Shown: in pieces, positions 1 to 8,594 of the stretch
Numbering within the stretch: position 1 is the first letter of the stretch
How the letters are laid out: every line of letters starts with the position of its first letter
Virus record (IMG/VR): IMGVR_UViG_3300007643_000136
Location: 1 to 25,134 of that record
Length of the DNA: 25,134 nt
DNA from: a virus
Taxonomy: Duplodnaviria > Caudoviricetes
Direction: 5' to 3' (one strand)
Made by a program: the position numbers and the translations under genes
Notes under the pieces: generated by a model
Seen by the model: the letters and a program-made list of their open reading frames with translations, nothing else
Databases searched by the model: none
Told to the model about the DNA's origin: nothing

Positions 1-2
1 AA

Positions 3-467
3 TTGAAATGGACCGTCCGCAGCGACATGCCTCAAATTTTTGACATCGAGCAACGCTGCTTTCCCGATCCCTGGACTGAGGAGGAATTCCTCAAAATGCT
101 CCGCGTTCGCGAAAACATCTGCCGTAGTGCGTGGCGCGGCGAGCGGGTCGTCGGCTTCCTGGTCTACCAACTGAAGCGACACGAGTTGTTGATCCACAAC
201 TTGGCGGTTCATCCGGAAGAGCAGCGACTGGGGGTCGGCCGGGCGCTGCTCGACCAACTGAAGGGCAAGCTCTCCGACAATCACCGTCGGGCGATCGTGG
301 CGCCGGTGGCCGATTCGAACCTCGACGCGCAACTGGTTTTTCGCTCACAAGGCTTTGTGGTCAGCGAAGTGGAGGCCGGAGCCTTCAACGACGGCCGCGA
401 CGCTTATCGTTTTATTTTCCGCCACGGATGGCCCCTTCCCGACGCACCGAAAGGAACCTCAGTATGA
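3..467 (+). CDS. rimI: RimI-like GNAT N-acetyltransferase (probably 5'-truncated by the window edge)
   Basis: DMPQIFDIEQRCFPDPW, VVGFLVY, IHNLAVHPEEQRLGVGRALL (acetyl-CoA motif A), SNLDAQLVFRSQGF, DAY. Confidence 0.85.
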   Translation: MKWTVRSDMPQIFDIEQRCFPDPWTEEEFLKMLRVRENICRSAWRGERVVGFLVYQLKRHELLIHNLAVHPEEQRLGVGRALLDQLKGKLSDNHRRAIVAPVADSNLDAQLVFRSQGFVVSEVEAGAFNDGRDAYRFIFRHGWPLPDAPKGTSV

Positions 468-895
468 CAACGGACTACACCGCACTGCTCACTCACCACG
501 CTCGCTGCGGGGCTTGCGCGGGAGAGCTCGACCGCGGCCGCCTGAACCTGGTGAGCATGCGATATCGGCCCGCGTGGGAGTATCCCACGGCGAGCAACTT
601 TATCACGGGCGACGGTCCGTGCGCGGTCGGCGTGGTGTGTGACGAGTGCGTGGCCGCCGGCTCGCCGATCGTGGAGGCGATCGAGATTGACGAGGGCGCG
701 GTGCGAACGCACGCCGTTGGATCGATGCAGTCGCTCGGACCGCCGTCGACGTACGCGCCGGTCGACGAAGGCCGAGCCCTCTTGTGCCTGGTCTGCGGGC
801 AGGTCAGCTACGATCCCACCGAGGTCGCCCTCAAGTACTGCGGCGTCTGTCGCAAGTTCCACGCCGTCAAGGAGGCCGAGCATGCAAACGACTGA
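464..895 (+). CDS. Cys-rich putative zinc-binding protein, 143 aa
   Basis: ATGA overlap with the upstream stop, AGGA RBS; four CxxC pairs (CGAC, CDEC, CLVC, CGVC). Confidence 0.75.
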   Translation: MTTDYTALLTHHARCGACAGELDRGRLNLVSMRYRPAWEYPTASNFITGDGPCAVGVVCDECVAAGSPIVEAIEIDEGAVRTHAVGSMQSLGPPSTYAPVDEGRALLCLVCGQVSYDPTEVALKYCGVCRKFHAVKEAEHAND

Positions 896-1169
896 CCGCC
901 TGCGAACGGATTGGGAGTTGTTTTGCGCGGAGTGCGAGCTGTCGTTTGTGCTGCTCGAAGACTCCCCGCGGCGCCGCGTCTGCGCGGAGTGTTACGAACA
1001 ACTCGGCCGCCCGGCGCTCTCCTGCGACGAATGCGGCCGAGCAATCGCACCGGGTGAGAAGTGTCACCTGCTGTGGGGGTGCTACTGCGCCGCTTGCGCC
1101 GCCCACCGAGACCGTGAACACGGCAAATGCAAATGCAACACCAAGGGCTGGTCGGAGGCGCCGCGATGA
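882..1169 (+). CDS. Small zinc-finger protein, 95 aa
   Basis: GGAGG RBS at 871-875 before ATG 882; CAEC, CAEC, CDEC, CAAC pairs. Confidence 0.75.
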   Translation: MQTTDRLRTDWELFCAECELSFVLLEDSPRRRVCAECYEQLGRPALSCDECGRAIAPGEKCHLLWGCYCAACAAHRDREHGKCKCNTKGWSEAPR

Positions 1170-1588
1170 GCGTCATTCTCAAGCCGACCGCCAACGTGGT
1201 AACGATCCTGGAAGCGAGGCAGATGATCGACGGAGAATACGATTGCGACGATCTGCAAGTGGCCGCCGACTATCTCCGCGACGCAGGCTTCGACATGGCT
1301 TCCCGGTTTCTGCTGGAGGCCAGCGGGCGGCTGGTGCGGACCGACCTCGCCGGCTGGTACCCCAGCTCCGGCAAGAAGTGGCACTACTACGAAGACGGGC
1401 TCGGCGAACGGGGCGGCAACTCCGTCTCCTTGTGCGGGCAAATCGTTTGCCGGCGGGTCCGCCAGAACCATCCCGATCTGCAGCATTCGCTCCGGTGCTT
1501 GTCTTGCGCCGCCGCCCTCAACAAGCCGCTCACGCCCGACCCCGGCCCGAAGTTCGACCGCCGACAACAGCCGCTATTCCAACCATGA
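1166..1588 (+). CDS. Hypothetical protein with WH..SLCG..CxxC metal-binding motif, 140 aa
   Basis: GGAGG RBS, ATGA overlaps at both ends; KWHYY...SLCG...CLSC; ends QQPLFQP. Confidence 0.75.
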   Translation: MSVILKPTANVVTILEARQMIDGEYDCDDLQVAADYLRDAGFDMASRFLLEASGRLVRTDLAGWYPSSGKKWHYYEDGLGERGGNSVSLCGQIVCRRVRQNHPDLQHSLRCLSCAAALNKPLTPDPGPKFDRRQQPLFQP

Positions 1589-1923
1589 GCGCCACCATCA
1601 CGAACACGATCCACACCCACTCCGCCCGCTCGGTCGACGCCACTTGCACGATCACCGTCCGACCGGTCAAGGCCGGCTACCGCGGTGAGTATGAAGTGCT
1701 CTGGTTCCCGGTCGATCCGGTGCTGCGTCATCAGTTTGCGGTTGGATCTGGAATCGTCTACCCGAGCCCCGGGCGGGCGTTCGCCAGGACTCGCAACGCC
1801 GCCGAGATCTACGTCGGACGCTTGCGGCTGAATCGACTCACCGACCGCCAGCTCGAGCGGATCGAGCAACTGCGAGACGAAGTGCAGCAACTCACCTTTT
1901 CCCAATCTTCAGGAGGAAACCCC
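1585..1923 (+). CDS. 113-aa coding segment fused in frame to the ParB-like gene (alternative upstream start)
   Basis: ATG 1585 overlaps the previous TGA; protein-like sequence; no stop before ATG 1924 in the same frame. Confidence 0.55.
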
Positions 1924-4071
1924 ATGGCGACCGTCGCCGACAAACCGAAGAGCAGCAAAGCCAAACGCAAACGACCGACCAAAAAGAAGGCGCCGCCCGA
2001 GGCCTCGCCGGTCGAGTACTCGGCCCAGATCGTGGCGGTCGACGAAGATCGCAGCCCAGCCGGCCGGCTGATCGTCCACACTCGACCGGGGAAGGAACTC
2101 TTTAGCTCCAAGTGGGTGATCGCCTTGGCCGCATTTCAAGGCGCCGAGTCGCAATGGACAGAAGACACCGACGACGAGTTATCCCACCGCTCCGCGATGG
2201 AGAACGCCCTCAACGAAGCCTATTCGTGGATCGACGGCAGGCTTGGCGTTTCGACCGATCCGGCGGAGCAGGACGCACTAGGCGAGTTGGCAACCGCCAT
2301 CGACCAGGCCGACGAAGATGAACTCTTTGCGGAACTGCTGGCGAGCAAGCCGGACGATCCGTCGCCGCCACCCGAGCCCAACAATCAGACCAACGGCCAG
2401 GCCAACAACCAACTCGCCTCTTTGAAAATCGAACTACTCGACCAACACCCCGACAACCCCGACCCGAGCGAAGCGGAGCTGGTTGAGCAGATGGCCTGGA
2501 TGCAATCGGGGCAAGATGAGCCGATCACGGTGCGGCCGCGGGGGAAGCGTTACGAAGTACTCGCCGGCAAGCGGCGATCGCTGGCCGCCGGTCGACTCGG
2601 TTGGGAGACGATCGAAGCCCGCGTGCGGACCGACCTGGCGGACGACGCCGCGGCCGTTCGCTACCTGTTCGCCAGCAACGCTCAGCGGCATGAAGACAAC
2701 CCGATGCGTCGGGCCCAGGGGCTGGCCGCGATGATCGCCAGCGGCATGGATCCGCTCGCCGCCGGCCAGGTCTTTGGGATCAGTTCGCGCGGCGGCGTCG
2801 ACAACGCGCTCGGCTTATTGAAGCTACCGCAGGTCTGGCAAGAGCGAGTTGTTTCCGGGGAAATGCCGGAGACTTGTGCGTACGCATTAAAGCCGTACGT
2901 CGATCACGCGCCGCTCATGAAGGCGTTCGATAAAGCGTATCGGGGGCACGGATGGCAGGGCGAGCGCATGCGGTCCAAGGAGTCGGTGCGGGAGGCGTTG
3001 CGATTCATCGTGAAGCAGAACGCGCGGCCGATCGACAAGGGAGTGAAGCACAACTACGGTTACCAGCTCCATCACGATCACCAGCGGTACTTCCGGCTCA
3101 CGCCCGAGTTGGAAGCCAAGCTACAAATCGTCAAGTTGCCGCTGGGAAAGAACGGCAAACAGCAGCAATACGCCCTGAATGTAAAGGCCTACGACAAGCT
3201 GCAAATCCCGCTGATCAAAGACAAGATCGCCCAGCGAAACAGCGGCGGCTCGAAGGGCGCCAAAAAGCAGACCGCCGCCAAGCTGTCGCCCAAGGAGAAG
3301 GCGGCCGAAGAGAAGCGGAAACGGAAAGAGGCCGACAGCAAATTGGCCGATTGGATCAAGCACGAATGGCGGCCGGCGATGCTCCGTTTGCTGGCCAGCC
3401 GCGCGGTGCTGAAACTGTCGTCGGGTGAGCAATGGCGGGCCGACTTCCTGCTTCCGAGGTTGATCGAGTCGATCGGCCGCGACGCGCCGCTGTACCAATT
3501 CGAGTGCGTCGCCGCCGATCACTTCCAGGAAGAGCCGCATCGCAAGTGGAATGAGCCGTCCGATGCGCCGCGACTGATCGAGACGTTCGCCGGCGTCGAC
3601 CTCGACGAAGATCCGATCAGCCAGCTCGAAGAGCGGCGTCGGCGGTACGTGGCCCTGCTGCTCTGGCCGCAAGAGCCCGAGCTCGACGACGACGACAAGC
3701 ATAAGCACATCACGGCCATCGGACCGCAGATCCCCTTCGGCGGCCGGATGCCGCAGCTGTCGATCGCCGCGGTCGATTGGATCGCCAAGTTCCTGGAAGG
3801 CGTCACCGACGAGCGGGTCAACATGAAAGGAGGCTGGGAGTCGGCCGTCCGCCAAGGCCCCGCGAGGGAAATGTTGCAGTTGTTGCTCAACCGCATGAAC
3901 CGGGCGCAGTTATGCGACCTGGCGTCGGAGATCGTCGGCCGCGGCAACCAGGCGCCGGGCGTCAGCTACGTGAAGTGGGTCACCGGATTCAAGAAGAAGA
4001 GCGAAGTGGTGGAGTCGCTGTTGTCGCTGCACAACGTGACGCCGCTGAAGTTGCCGAAGGTTTTGATTTAG
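1924..4071 (+). CDS. Large ParB/Spo0J/Noc-family protein (ParB N-terminal domain, HTH, long C-terminal region)
   Basis: AGGAGG RBS at 1911-1916; HPDNP, EPITVRPRGKRYEVLAGKRRSLAA, SNAQR, HTH region GQVFGISSRGGVDNALGLLKLP. Confidence 0.88.
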   Translation: MATVADKPKSSKAKRKRPTKKKAPPEASPVEYSAQIVAVDEDRSPAGRLIVHTRPGKELFSSKWVIALAAFQGAESQWTEDTDDELSHRSAMENALNEAYSWIDGRLGVSTDPAEQDALGELATAIDQADEDELFAELLASKPDDPSPPPEPNNQTNGQANNQLASLKIELLDQHPDNPDPSEAELVEQMAWMQSGQDEPITVRPRGKRYEVLAGKRRSLAAGRLGWETIEARVRTDLADDAAAVRYLFASNAQRHEDNPMRRAQGLAAMIASGMDPLAAGQVFGISSRGGVDNALGLLKLPQVWQERVVSGEMPETCAYALKPYVDHAPLMKAFDKAYRGHGWQGERMRSKESVREALRFIVKQNARPIDKGVKHNYGYQLHHDHQRYFRLTPELEAKLQIVKLPLGKNGKQQQYALNVKAYDKLQIPLIKDKIAQRNSGGSKGAKKQTAAKLSPKEKAAEEKRKRKEADSKLADWIKHEWRPAMLRLLASRAVLKLSSGEQWRADFLLPRLIESIGRDAPLYQFECVAADHFQEEPHRKWNEPSDAPRLIETFAGVDLDEDPISQLEERRRRYVALLLWPQEPELDDDDKHKHITAIGPQIPFGGRMPQLSIAAVDWIAKFLEGVTDERVNMKGGWESAVRQGPAREMLQLLLNRMNRAQLCDLASEIVGRGNQAPGVSYVKWVTGFKKKSEVVESLLSLHNVTPLKLPKVLI
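2850..2865. promoter_or_regulatory. Palindromic NBS/parS-like site 1, TGTTTCCGGGGAAATG
   Basis: TTTCC-NN-GGAAA core, one of five copies; inside the parB-like gene just after the HTH-coding region. Confidence 0.65.
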
Positions 4072-4097
4072 TTCTCAGCTTCAAACAGGAGAGAGTT

Positions 4098-4340
4098 ATG
4101 GGTAAGCAGACAGGCGGCGAGGCGTTCCCGCGACCGGGCTACGAATCGCCACTAGGCGGTGATCATCACGATTGTCTACCGCAGAACGGCATGTCGCTCC
4201 GCGACTGGCTGGCGGGCCGAGCAATGCAGGGGTTGCTGGCTGGCGGCGAAGCGGCGACTGCGCCGGAAGTAAAAGGCCTGTTGGCGCATCGCGCCTATGA
4301 AATCGCCGATGAAATGCTCCTCGTGCGGAGGGCGCTATGA
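4098..4340 (+). CDS. Conserved small phage protein (GGxAFP...GMSLRDW.A..AMQG...AY.IAD.ML family)
   Basis: AGGAG RBS before ATG 4098; recognisable widespread phage family motif of unknown function. Confidence 0.85.
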   Translation: MGKQTGGEAFPRPGYESPLGGDHHDCLPQNGMSLRDWLAGRAMQGLLAGGEAATAPEVKGLLAHRAYEIADEMLLVRRAL

Positions 4341-5017
4341 GCCAAGTCGACCCCTTGCCTACCGATCCGAACGATCGTTCTTGGCTGACCTTCAACGGCA
4401 GAGAGCGTCGGCAAAGGATCGGCGTATCTTCGAAGTCGCACCAGATGGGAAGCGACAAAAACAGCATCACCTTTCGCAACATGACGGACAAAGAACTGCA
4501 TGCGATGGAGGCGTTCTTGAGCGGCCACAGCTACGTGCGGGTGGTCGACGGCCGCCTACATGCCTACCACGCGTTCGACCCGTTGCCGGAGCCTGAACGC
4601 GACCCCCTGCTTGCGGAGCACTGGCCGGTGGACGGAGAGACCAAACAGTTCGGCGGACTGGGTGATGAAAAAGGTTGGCAATCGCCGGGGATCATCATCA
4701 CCGCTGTCGGCGCTGCGGGCCGGGCCGAGCGGTCGCGAGACCTGCTGCGAGACTGGGGGTTCGCCTGCCTTCGCTCACCTCGCCAAAGCGACGGGACGTA
4801 TTGGGAGCAGTGGGTGCTGCACTACCTCCTAGCCGCCCAAGGCGATTTGAAAGACCACCTGGATCGGTGGAAGGCGGAGCAGCCGAAACTCACCTGGGAT
4901 GCGGATAGTTGGAAAGCCTCGGCCGAAGAGGCGGGGCGGTTCATCGTCAAGTGCGGCGTCTCGTTCGGAAGTCTCGATATCACCGCCCAACGTTGGGCGC
5001 TGGCTAACCCCGATTGA
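4337..5017 (+). CDS. Hypothetical protein, 226 aa
   Basis: ATGA overlap, GGAGG upstream, Trp-rich globular composition. Confidence 0.75.
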   Translation: MSQVDPLPTDPNDRSWLTFNGRERRQRIGVSSKSHQMGSDKNSITFRNMTDKELHAMEAFLSGHSYVRVVDGRLHAYHAFDPLPEPERDPLLAEHWPVDGETKQFGGLGDEKGWQSPGIIITAVGAAGRAERSRDLLRDWGFACLRSPRQSDGTYWEQWVLHYLLAAQGDLKDHLDRWKAEQPKLTWDADSWKASAEEAGRFIVKCGVSFGSLDITAQRWALANPD

Positions 5018-5035
5018 ACGCGCGTGTGCGCGTTT
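5017..5035 (+). terminator. Short hairpin AACGCGC-GTGT-GCGCGTT, possible weak terminator
   Basis: 7-bp perfect inverted repeat directly after a stop codon; U tract is poor. Confidence 0.3.
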
Positions 5036-5076
5036 CGGTGTAGTGAGTTTCAGTTTTTCAGTGAAGGGATGAAGTT

Positions 5077-5433
5077 ATGATTTTCGAGAACTACGTCCAG
5101 GCGGAAAACCCGCAAGAGGCGACCCGACAATCTCGGGCGGTGGGAACGACTCGCATTATGCAGGTGACCGAAGTGACCGCCAACCCAGCGGCCGATGGGA
5201 TCTATCAAGTGCACGAACGTTGGTCGCGTCCCGACCTGCAACTGCGCCGCTGCGAAGAGGCGTCGATCCACTCCAAGGAAAAGTACATCCCCTGCAGTGC
5301 GCCGTCGACGTCGCTGGTCTGGAGCCCGGGCGACCGGCGGGCCTATTCGATGTGCGCCGCCTGCGCTGCTCACAGCGTGAAGAACCGCCGCGGTCTGCTG
5401 ATCTTCCAATTGCCCGAGGAGGCGTCGCCGTGA
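5077..5433 (+). CDS. Hypothetical protein with Cys motifs, 118 aa
   Basis: ATG after a purine-rich leader; CEEAS...PC...MCAACAAH. Confidence 0.65.
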   Translation: MIFENYVQAENPQEATRQSRAVGTTRIMQVTEVTANPAADGIYQVHERWSRPDLQLRRCEEASIHSKEKYIPCSAPSTSLVWSPGDRRAYSMCAACAAHSVKNRRGLLIFQLPEEASP

Positions 5434-5603
5434 GCCAAGCCAAGCAGATCATCGGCCGCATCTTCGCCGAACGCAACAACGACTGGGGCGGCGTCCGCTG
5501 GCGAAACCTCACCCGCAGTCAACGCACCCAAATCCGCCGCAGCGTCCGCCTGGCGATGCGCTGCCACCTCACCAAACTCAGAAAGGAGCTATCGAGCCGA
5601 TGA
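5430..5603 (+). CDS. Small basic hypothetical protein, 57 aa
   Basis: GAGGAGG RBS, GTGA overlap at the start and ATGA overlap at the end. Confidence 0.65.
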   Translation: MSQAKQIIGRIFAERNNDWGGVRWRNLTRSQRTQIRRSVRLAMRCHLTKLRKELSSR

Positions 5604-6046
5604 GCGACAACAAAAGTTTCACCGACCAATTCCACGACCTGGTGGCGATGAGCATCGACGATAAAGGGGTCTATCCGCAGCAAGCGATGGCGGTCGACGG
5701 CGAAGGAAGGCTGAGCGTGTTCTCGCTCGCCTTGCCGGCGCCGCAGATCTACGAATGGTTTGGCGCCCAACTGCTCACCGGCGGTCATTGCCAAATCATC
5801 TTCGGCGTGGACCGCTTCACGAGGCCCGGGCAAGGGACTGAGTTCGCCGACGTAATCACCTGCTGTCACTGGCGCAAAGAGGCAGCCGACGGCCTTCACT
5901 TCCGGATCGGAGTCATCAACTACCAGCACCAGCCGCGCATCGTCCGGCCGTTCGATTGGGATAACGAGTACTGGGGGGTTCAGATGGCGAAGGAGATGGC
6001 CTTCCTGCCTGGCGGACCGAAAAGAGAACGCATGAGCCATGATTGA
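5600..6046 (+). CDS. Hypothetical protein, 148 aa
   Basis: AAGGAG RBS, ATGA overlap, globular alpha/beta pattern. Confidence 0.75.
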   Translation: MSDNKSFTDQFHDLVAMSIDDKGVYPQQAMAVDGEGRLSVFSLALPAPQIYEWFGAQLLTGGHCQIIFGVDRFTRPGQGTEFADVITCCHWRKEAADGLHFRIGVINYQHQPRIVRPFDWDNEYWGVQMAKEMAFLPGGPKRERMSHD

Positions 6047-6377
6047 ACTGCTCGACGGCCCGGCGGCTGGGAAGATCCTCGACTTGCAGCGAGCCCCGTT
6101 GCTGCTCCGCGTGGTGATCGGTCCGCGCGGGGCGGTCGACGCGCTGGACCAGTTGGGCGACGAACCGCACGCCAAGGAGACGATCCACGTCTACCGCCGT
6201 ATCAATCAAGCGACCCGCTATCACTTGAAGATGCGTTGCCGGTCCCAATCCGGATGGCGAGCCTCCGCCCAGTACGAGCTGCTCGACGAGCAACCCGATC
6301 AAGAGACCGCCCGCGAAACGTCCCTTTGGCGGGCCTGGGCCGTCGAAGCAGCCCGGCAATGGAAGGACACCGAATGA
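6039..6377 (+). CDS. Hypothetical phage protein with N-terminal DGPxxG motif, 112 aa
   Basis: Overlaps both neighbours; MIELLDGPAAG start typical of small phage proteins. Confidence 0.7.
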   Translation: MIELLDGPAAGKILDLQRAPLLLRVVIGPRGAVDALDQLGDEPHAKETIHVYRRINQATRYHLKMRCRSQSGWRASAQYELLDEQPDQETARETSLWRAWAVEAARQWKDTE

Positions 6378-6637
6378 CGCAACGATACGTACCACCACCG
6401 CCGCCACCCGACGGAATTCTCATGATCAAGAAAGACGACCCTCCGATTTCTCTGGCCGGCTGGGTGTACCTCTACCTGTTCACCTTGGGCGCGATTGCAA
6501 TCGCGATGTCGGTTATTTGGTTCACTCATTCGTATTGGCGGCGTCAGAACGATCTCATTGAGATGAAGATCAAAGCGGACCAACGCACCACCGTGTTTGA
6601 ATCGCCCGAAGGCCGTCTTGAAATTAAAGGGGATTGA
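6374..6637 (+). CDS. Single-pass membrane protein, 87 aa
   Basis: ATGA overlap, AGGA RBS; poly-Pro N-terminus, then hydrophobic ISLAGWVYLYLFTLGAIAIAMSVIWF. Confidence 0.7.
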   Translation: MTQRYVPPPPPPDGILMIKKDDPPISLAGWVYLYLFTLGAIAIAMSVIWFTHSYWRRQNDLIEMKIKADQRTTVFESPEGRLEIKGD

Positions 6638-7356
6638 GCGTGGTCCCGGAACCGATCTACACGTGTCTCGTCTGCAGCGGTCCGACCTGGGGCCGCTACT
6701 GTTCGGAGCGCTGCCACTGCCAGGCCGAGGATCGAGAGCCCGTGCATACTCGCCCGTTCCCGTGGTCGGCGGAGACGCTGGCCCGCCACGCAGCCGCGCC
6801 GAAGATCTATTGGGACGGAGTGACCGGCCGCGAGCGGAGGGAAGCGGAAGCGGCGGCCGCCAAAGAGGCGGAGGAAGCGGAGTCAGTGGAACCGAGCGAT
6901 CTTTCGCCCGCAACTCGACGACCTGTCGGAGCGAATGAACTGCTGCGGCCGTGCGTCATCTGTCCCCGCTGCATTCGCGTCCACCCGCCGGCGGCCGAGC
7001 AGTGCGACTGCGGCGAGCTGCTCGACGCGCAACCGCTGGTCGAGCCGCCGACCGATCCTACCGGGAAGCAAGACTGCGGCGCTACGCCGCGGGAGGACCC
7101 GACGCCCAGCGTCGATCAGCCTGACGTCATTCGCGTCGACGCGAATGACAACAACTCGGTGAGTTCCGAGGAAAGTTCCCCGGTCGGCTCGGCGGTTCAA
7201 CCAGCGTGCATCGCCTGCGGAGACACCGGCCAAAACAGCCGCGGCGGCCCCTGCCTGCCCTGCGAACGCCACGGGCGGATAGCCAGCCAACCAACGCCGA
7301 AACCTAAGCCCAGCAAACGCGATCGCCATCTGGCCGATCAGCCGTTCTTGTTTTGA
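6634..7356 (+). CDS. Multi-zinc-finger protein with low-complexity linkers, 240 aa
   Basis: TTGA overlap (or GTG 6640); CLVC..CSERC, CPRC..CDCG, CIACGDTG..PCLPC; ends DQPFLF. Confidence 0.7.
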   Translation: MSVVPEPIYTCLVCSGPTWGRYCSERCHCQAEDREPVHTRPFPWSAETLARHAAAPKIYWDGVTGRERREAEAAAAKEAEEAESVEPSDLSPATRRPVGANELLRPCVICPRCIRVHPPAAEQCDCGELLDAQPLVEPPTDPTGKQDCGATPREDPTPSVDQPDVIRVDANDNNSVSSEESSPVGSAVQPACIACGDTGQNSRGGPCLPCERHGRIASQPTPKPKPSKRDRHLADQPFLF

Positions 7357-7475
7357 TCGCCGCCAGCCTTCGGACTCATCATTCCGGCTCATCCGGCGAT
7401 TTTACGGTGACCTCATACGAGAGCATTTTTCCCAACGCAATGAGGACAGCCGCTAGCTCTCACGTGAATCTCCTT

Positions 7476-7503
7476 TTGCACGATGAAAACTGAAGACTAA
7501 CGT
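7476..7503 (+). promoter_or_regulatory. Putative sigma70-like promoter TTGCAC-N16-TAACGT
   Basis: In the large AT-richer intergenic gap (7357-7584); same architecture as the candidate at 16007. Confidence 0.35.
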
Positions 7504-7584
7504 TGCTGCAGGCGGGATTTCGGAACACGGAACAATTTTACGAAAAATAGGAAAACGCCCCGAAACCTGCTTTAGCATGAAGGT

Positions 7585-7866
7585 GTGAACTCAAGGCAGT
7601 GTCTTTGCGCCGGGAGCAGTATCGTGGTTTCTTTCGCCGCCCAACAATCGAAGCTGGATCGACTGATCCTCTCTGGCCGCTACTCGCGGCGTGAGATCGC
7701 CCGCTTGTGCGGAGTCTCCACCAAGACGGTGGCGGCCGCCGTGTTGCGATTAAAGCAGGCCGGCGACAACTTCTCTCCCTCCCGCAATCTGCGGCAACCT
7801 CGCCGCTGCGGCGACTGCGGCGCACTCCTCAATCGCTGGCCTTGCGTGGCCTGCGACGCGGCCTAG
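7585..7866 (+). CDS. HTH plus zinc-ribbon DNA-binding protein (start may be GTG 7624)
   Basis: YSRREIARLCGVSTKTV helix-turn-helix; RCGDCG...PCVAC. Confidence 0.75.
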   Translation: MNSRQCLCAGSSIVVSFAAQQSKLDRLILSGRYSRREIARLCGVSTKTVAAAVLRLKQAGDNFSPSRNLRQPRRCGDCGALLNRWPCVACDAA

Positions 7867-7902
7867 CCGCCGCCTTCCTTCCTACCCCGAGAACCCGCCT
7901 GT

Positions 7903-8316
7903 ATGGATACTTCTCAAGCGATCCTCGCGCACGCGTTGGCTAAGCACTTTGGCAAAGAAGCGGATCGCGACTCGCTTCCCGTGGGGTCGTTTTCACTGTT
8001 TGGCCAGGTTAGCGGGAAGGTCGACGGGCGGACTGTTGGTCTCCCCTTTGCCGGTCTGCTGGCCGTGGGCGAGGACAACGAAACGCACAGCAACGTGGCG
8101 GTCGACAAGAATGAACTGTTGGCCGTGTTCCTCTCGCGGATTCAGGCCGAGGAAAGGGCCGTGCTGCTGAATTCGCTGGTCGATCACCTGCAAGAGTTCG
8201 GATCGCTGCCGCGCGTCGAACGGGTGCATCGCGAAGAGGCGGCCCGGTTGTTCCGCCGGCTCAACACCCGCGTCGCCAAAACCCGCCGCGGCAACGTCGT
8301 TTTTACGCCGCACTAA
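7903..8316 (+). CDS. Hypothetical protein, 137 aa
   Basis: Fills the gap between genes; globular; basic C-terminus. Confidence 0.7.
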   Translation: MDTSQAILAHALAKHFGKEADRDSLPVGSFSLFGQVSGKVDGRTVGLPFAGLLAVGEDNETHSNVAVDKNELLAVFLSRIQAEERAVLLNSLVDHLQEFGSLPRVERVHREEAARLFRRLNTRVAKTRRGNVVFTPH

Positions 8317-8387
8317 ATGAGGATAGGAACGACACTACCAGGCCCCGCTATGTCGACTCGGGCGTTGGCGAGAGGGCTCAAAAAAGC

Positions 8388-8594
8388 ATGTCGAGGTGGA
8401 GTTTGGATCATTTGGAAGAAGAGGAGATCGCTTCGCATCCGGATTATCGACCGGCGCGGGCCCAGTCGCCGACCAAAGCCCCGGCCGGGTCGCCGGAAAA
8501 GATTGAGGTGATGCGGGACCGAGTGGCGCGCGGCGAGCAAGCGACGCATCCGCTCGACAATTTGCGCCAAGTCGATCCGGAGCGTTCCGCATGA
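8388..8594 (+). CDS. Small protein of the PTxAPxGSxEKIEV..R...G...HP.D family
   Basis: Motif recalled from planctomycete hypothetical proteins; ATGA overlap with the next gene. Confidence 0.7.
   Translation: MSRWSLDHLEEEEIASHPDYRPARAQSPTKAPAGSPEKIEVMRDRVARGEQATHPLDNLRQVDPERSA

Noticed and set aside
1240-1300. DDLQVAADYLRDAG resembling the planctomycete TIGR02996 motif
   Set aside because: The match is short and lacks the conserved Trp and surrounding context; cannot be supported without a profile search
784-1584. N-terminal 267 aa of the 1095-aa ORF in the track
   Set aside because: It overlaps three better genes with RBSs and coupled starts, and the translation is Arg/Ala/Pro-rich shadow-frame sequence
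7456-7471. GCTCTCACGTGAATCT as a canonical parS
   Set aside because: Only 11/16 match, the outer arms are not palindromic, and it is a single copy
8317-8511. 64-aa ORF MRIGTTLPG
   Set aside because: It overlaps the better-supported 8388-8594 gene, which has a recognisable motif and a coupled stop
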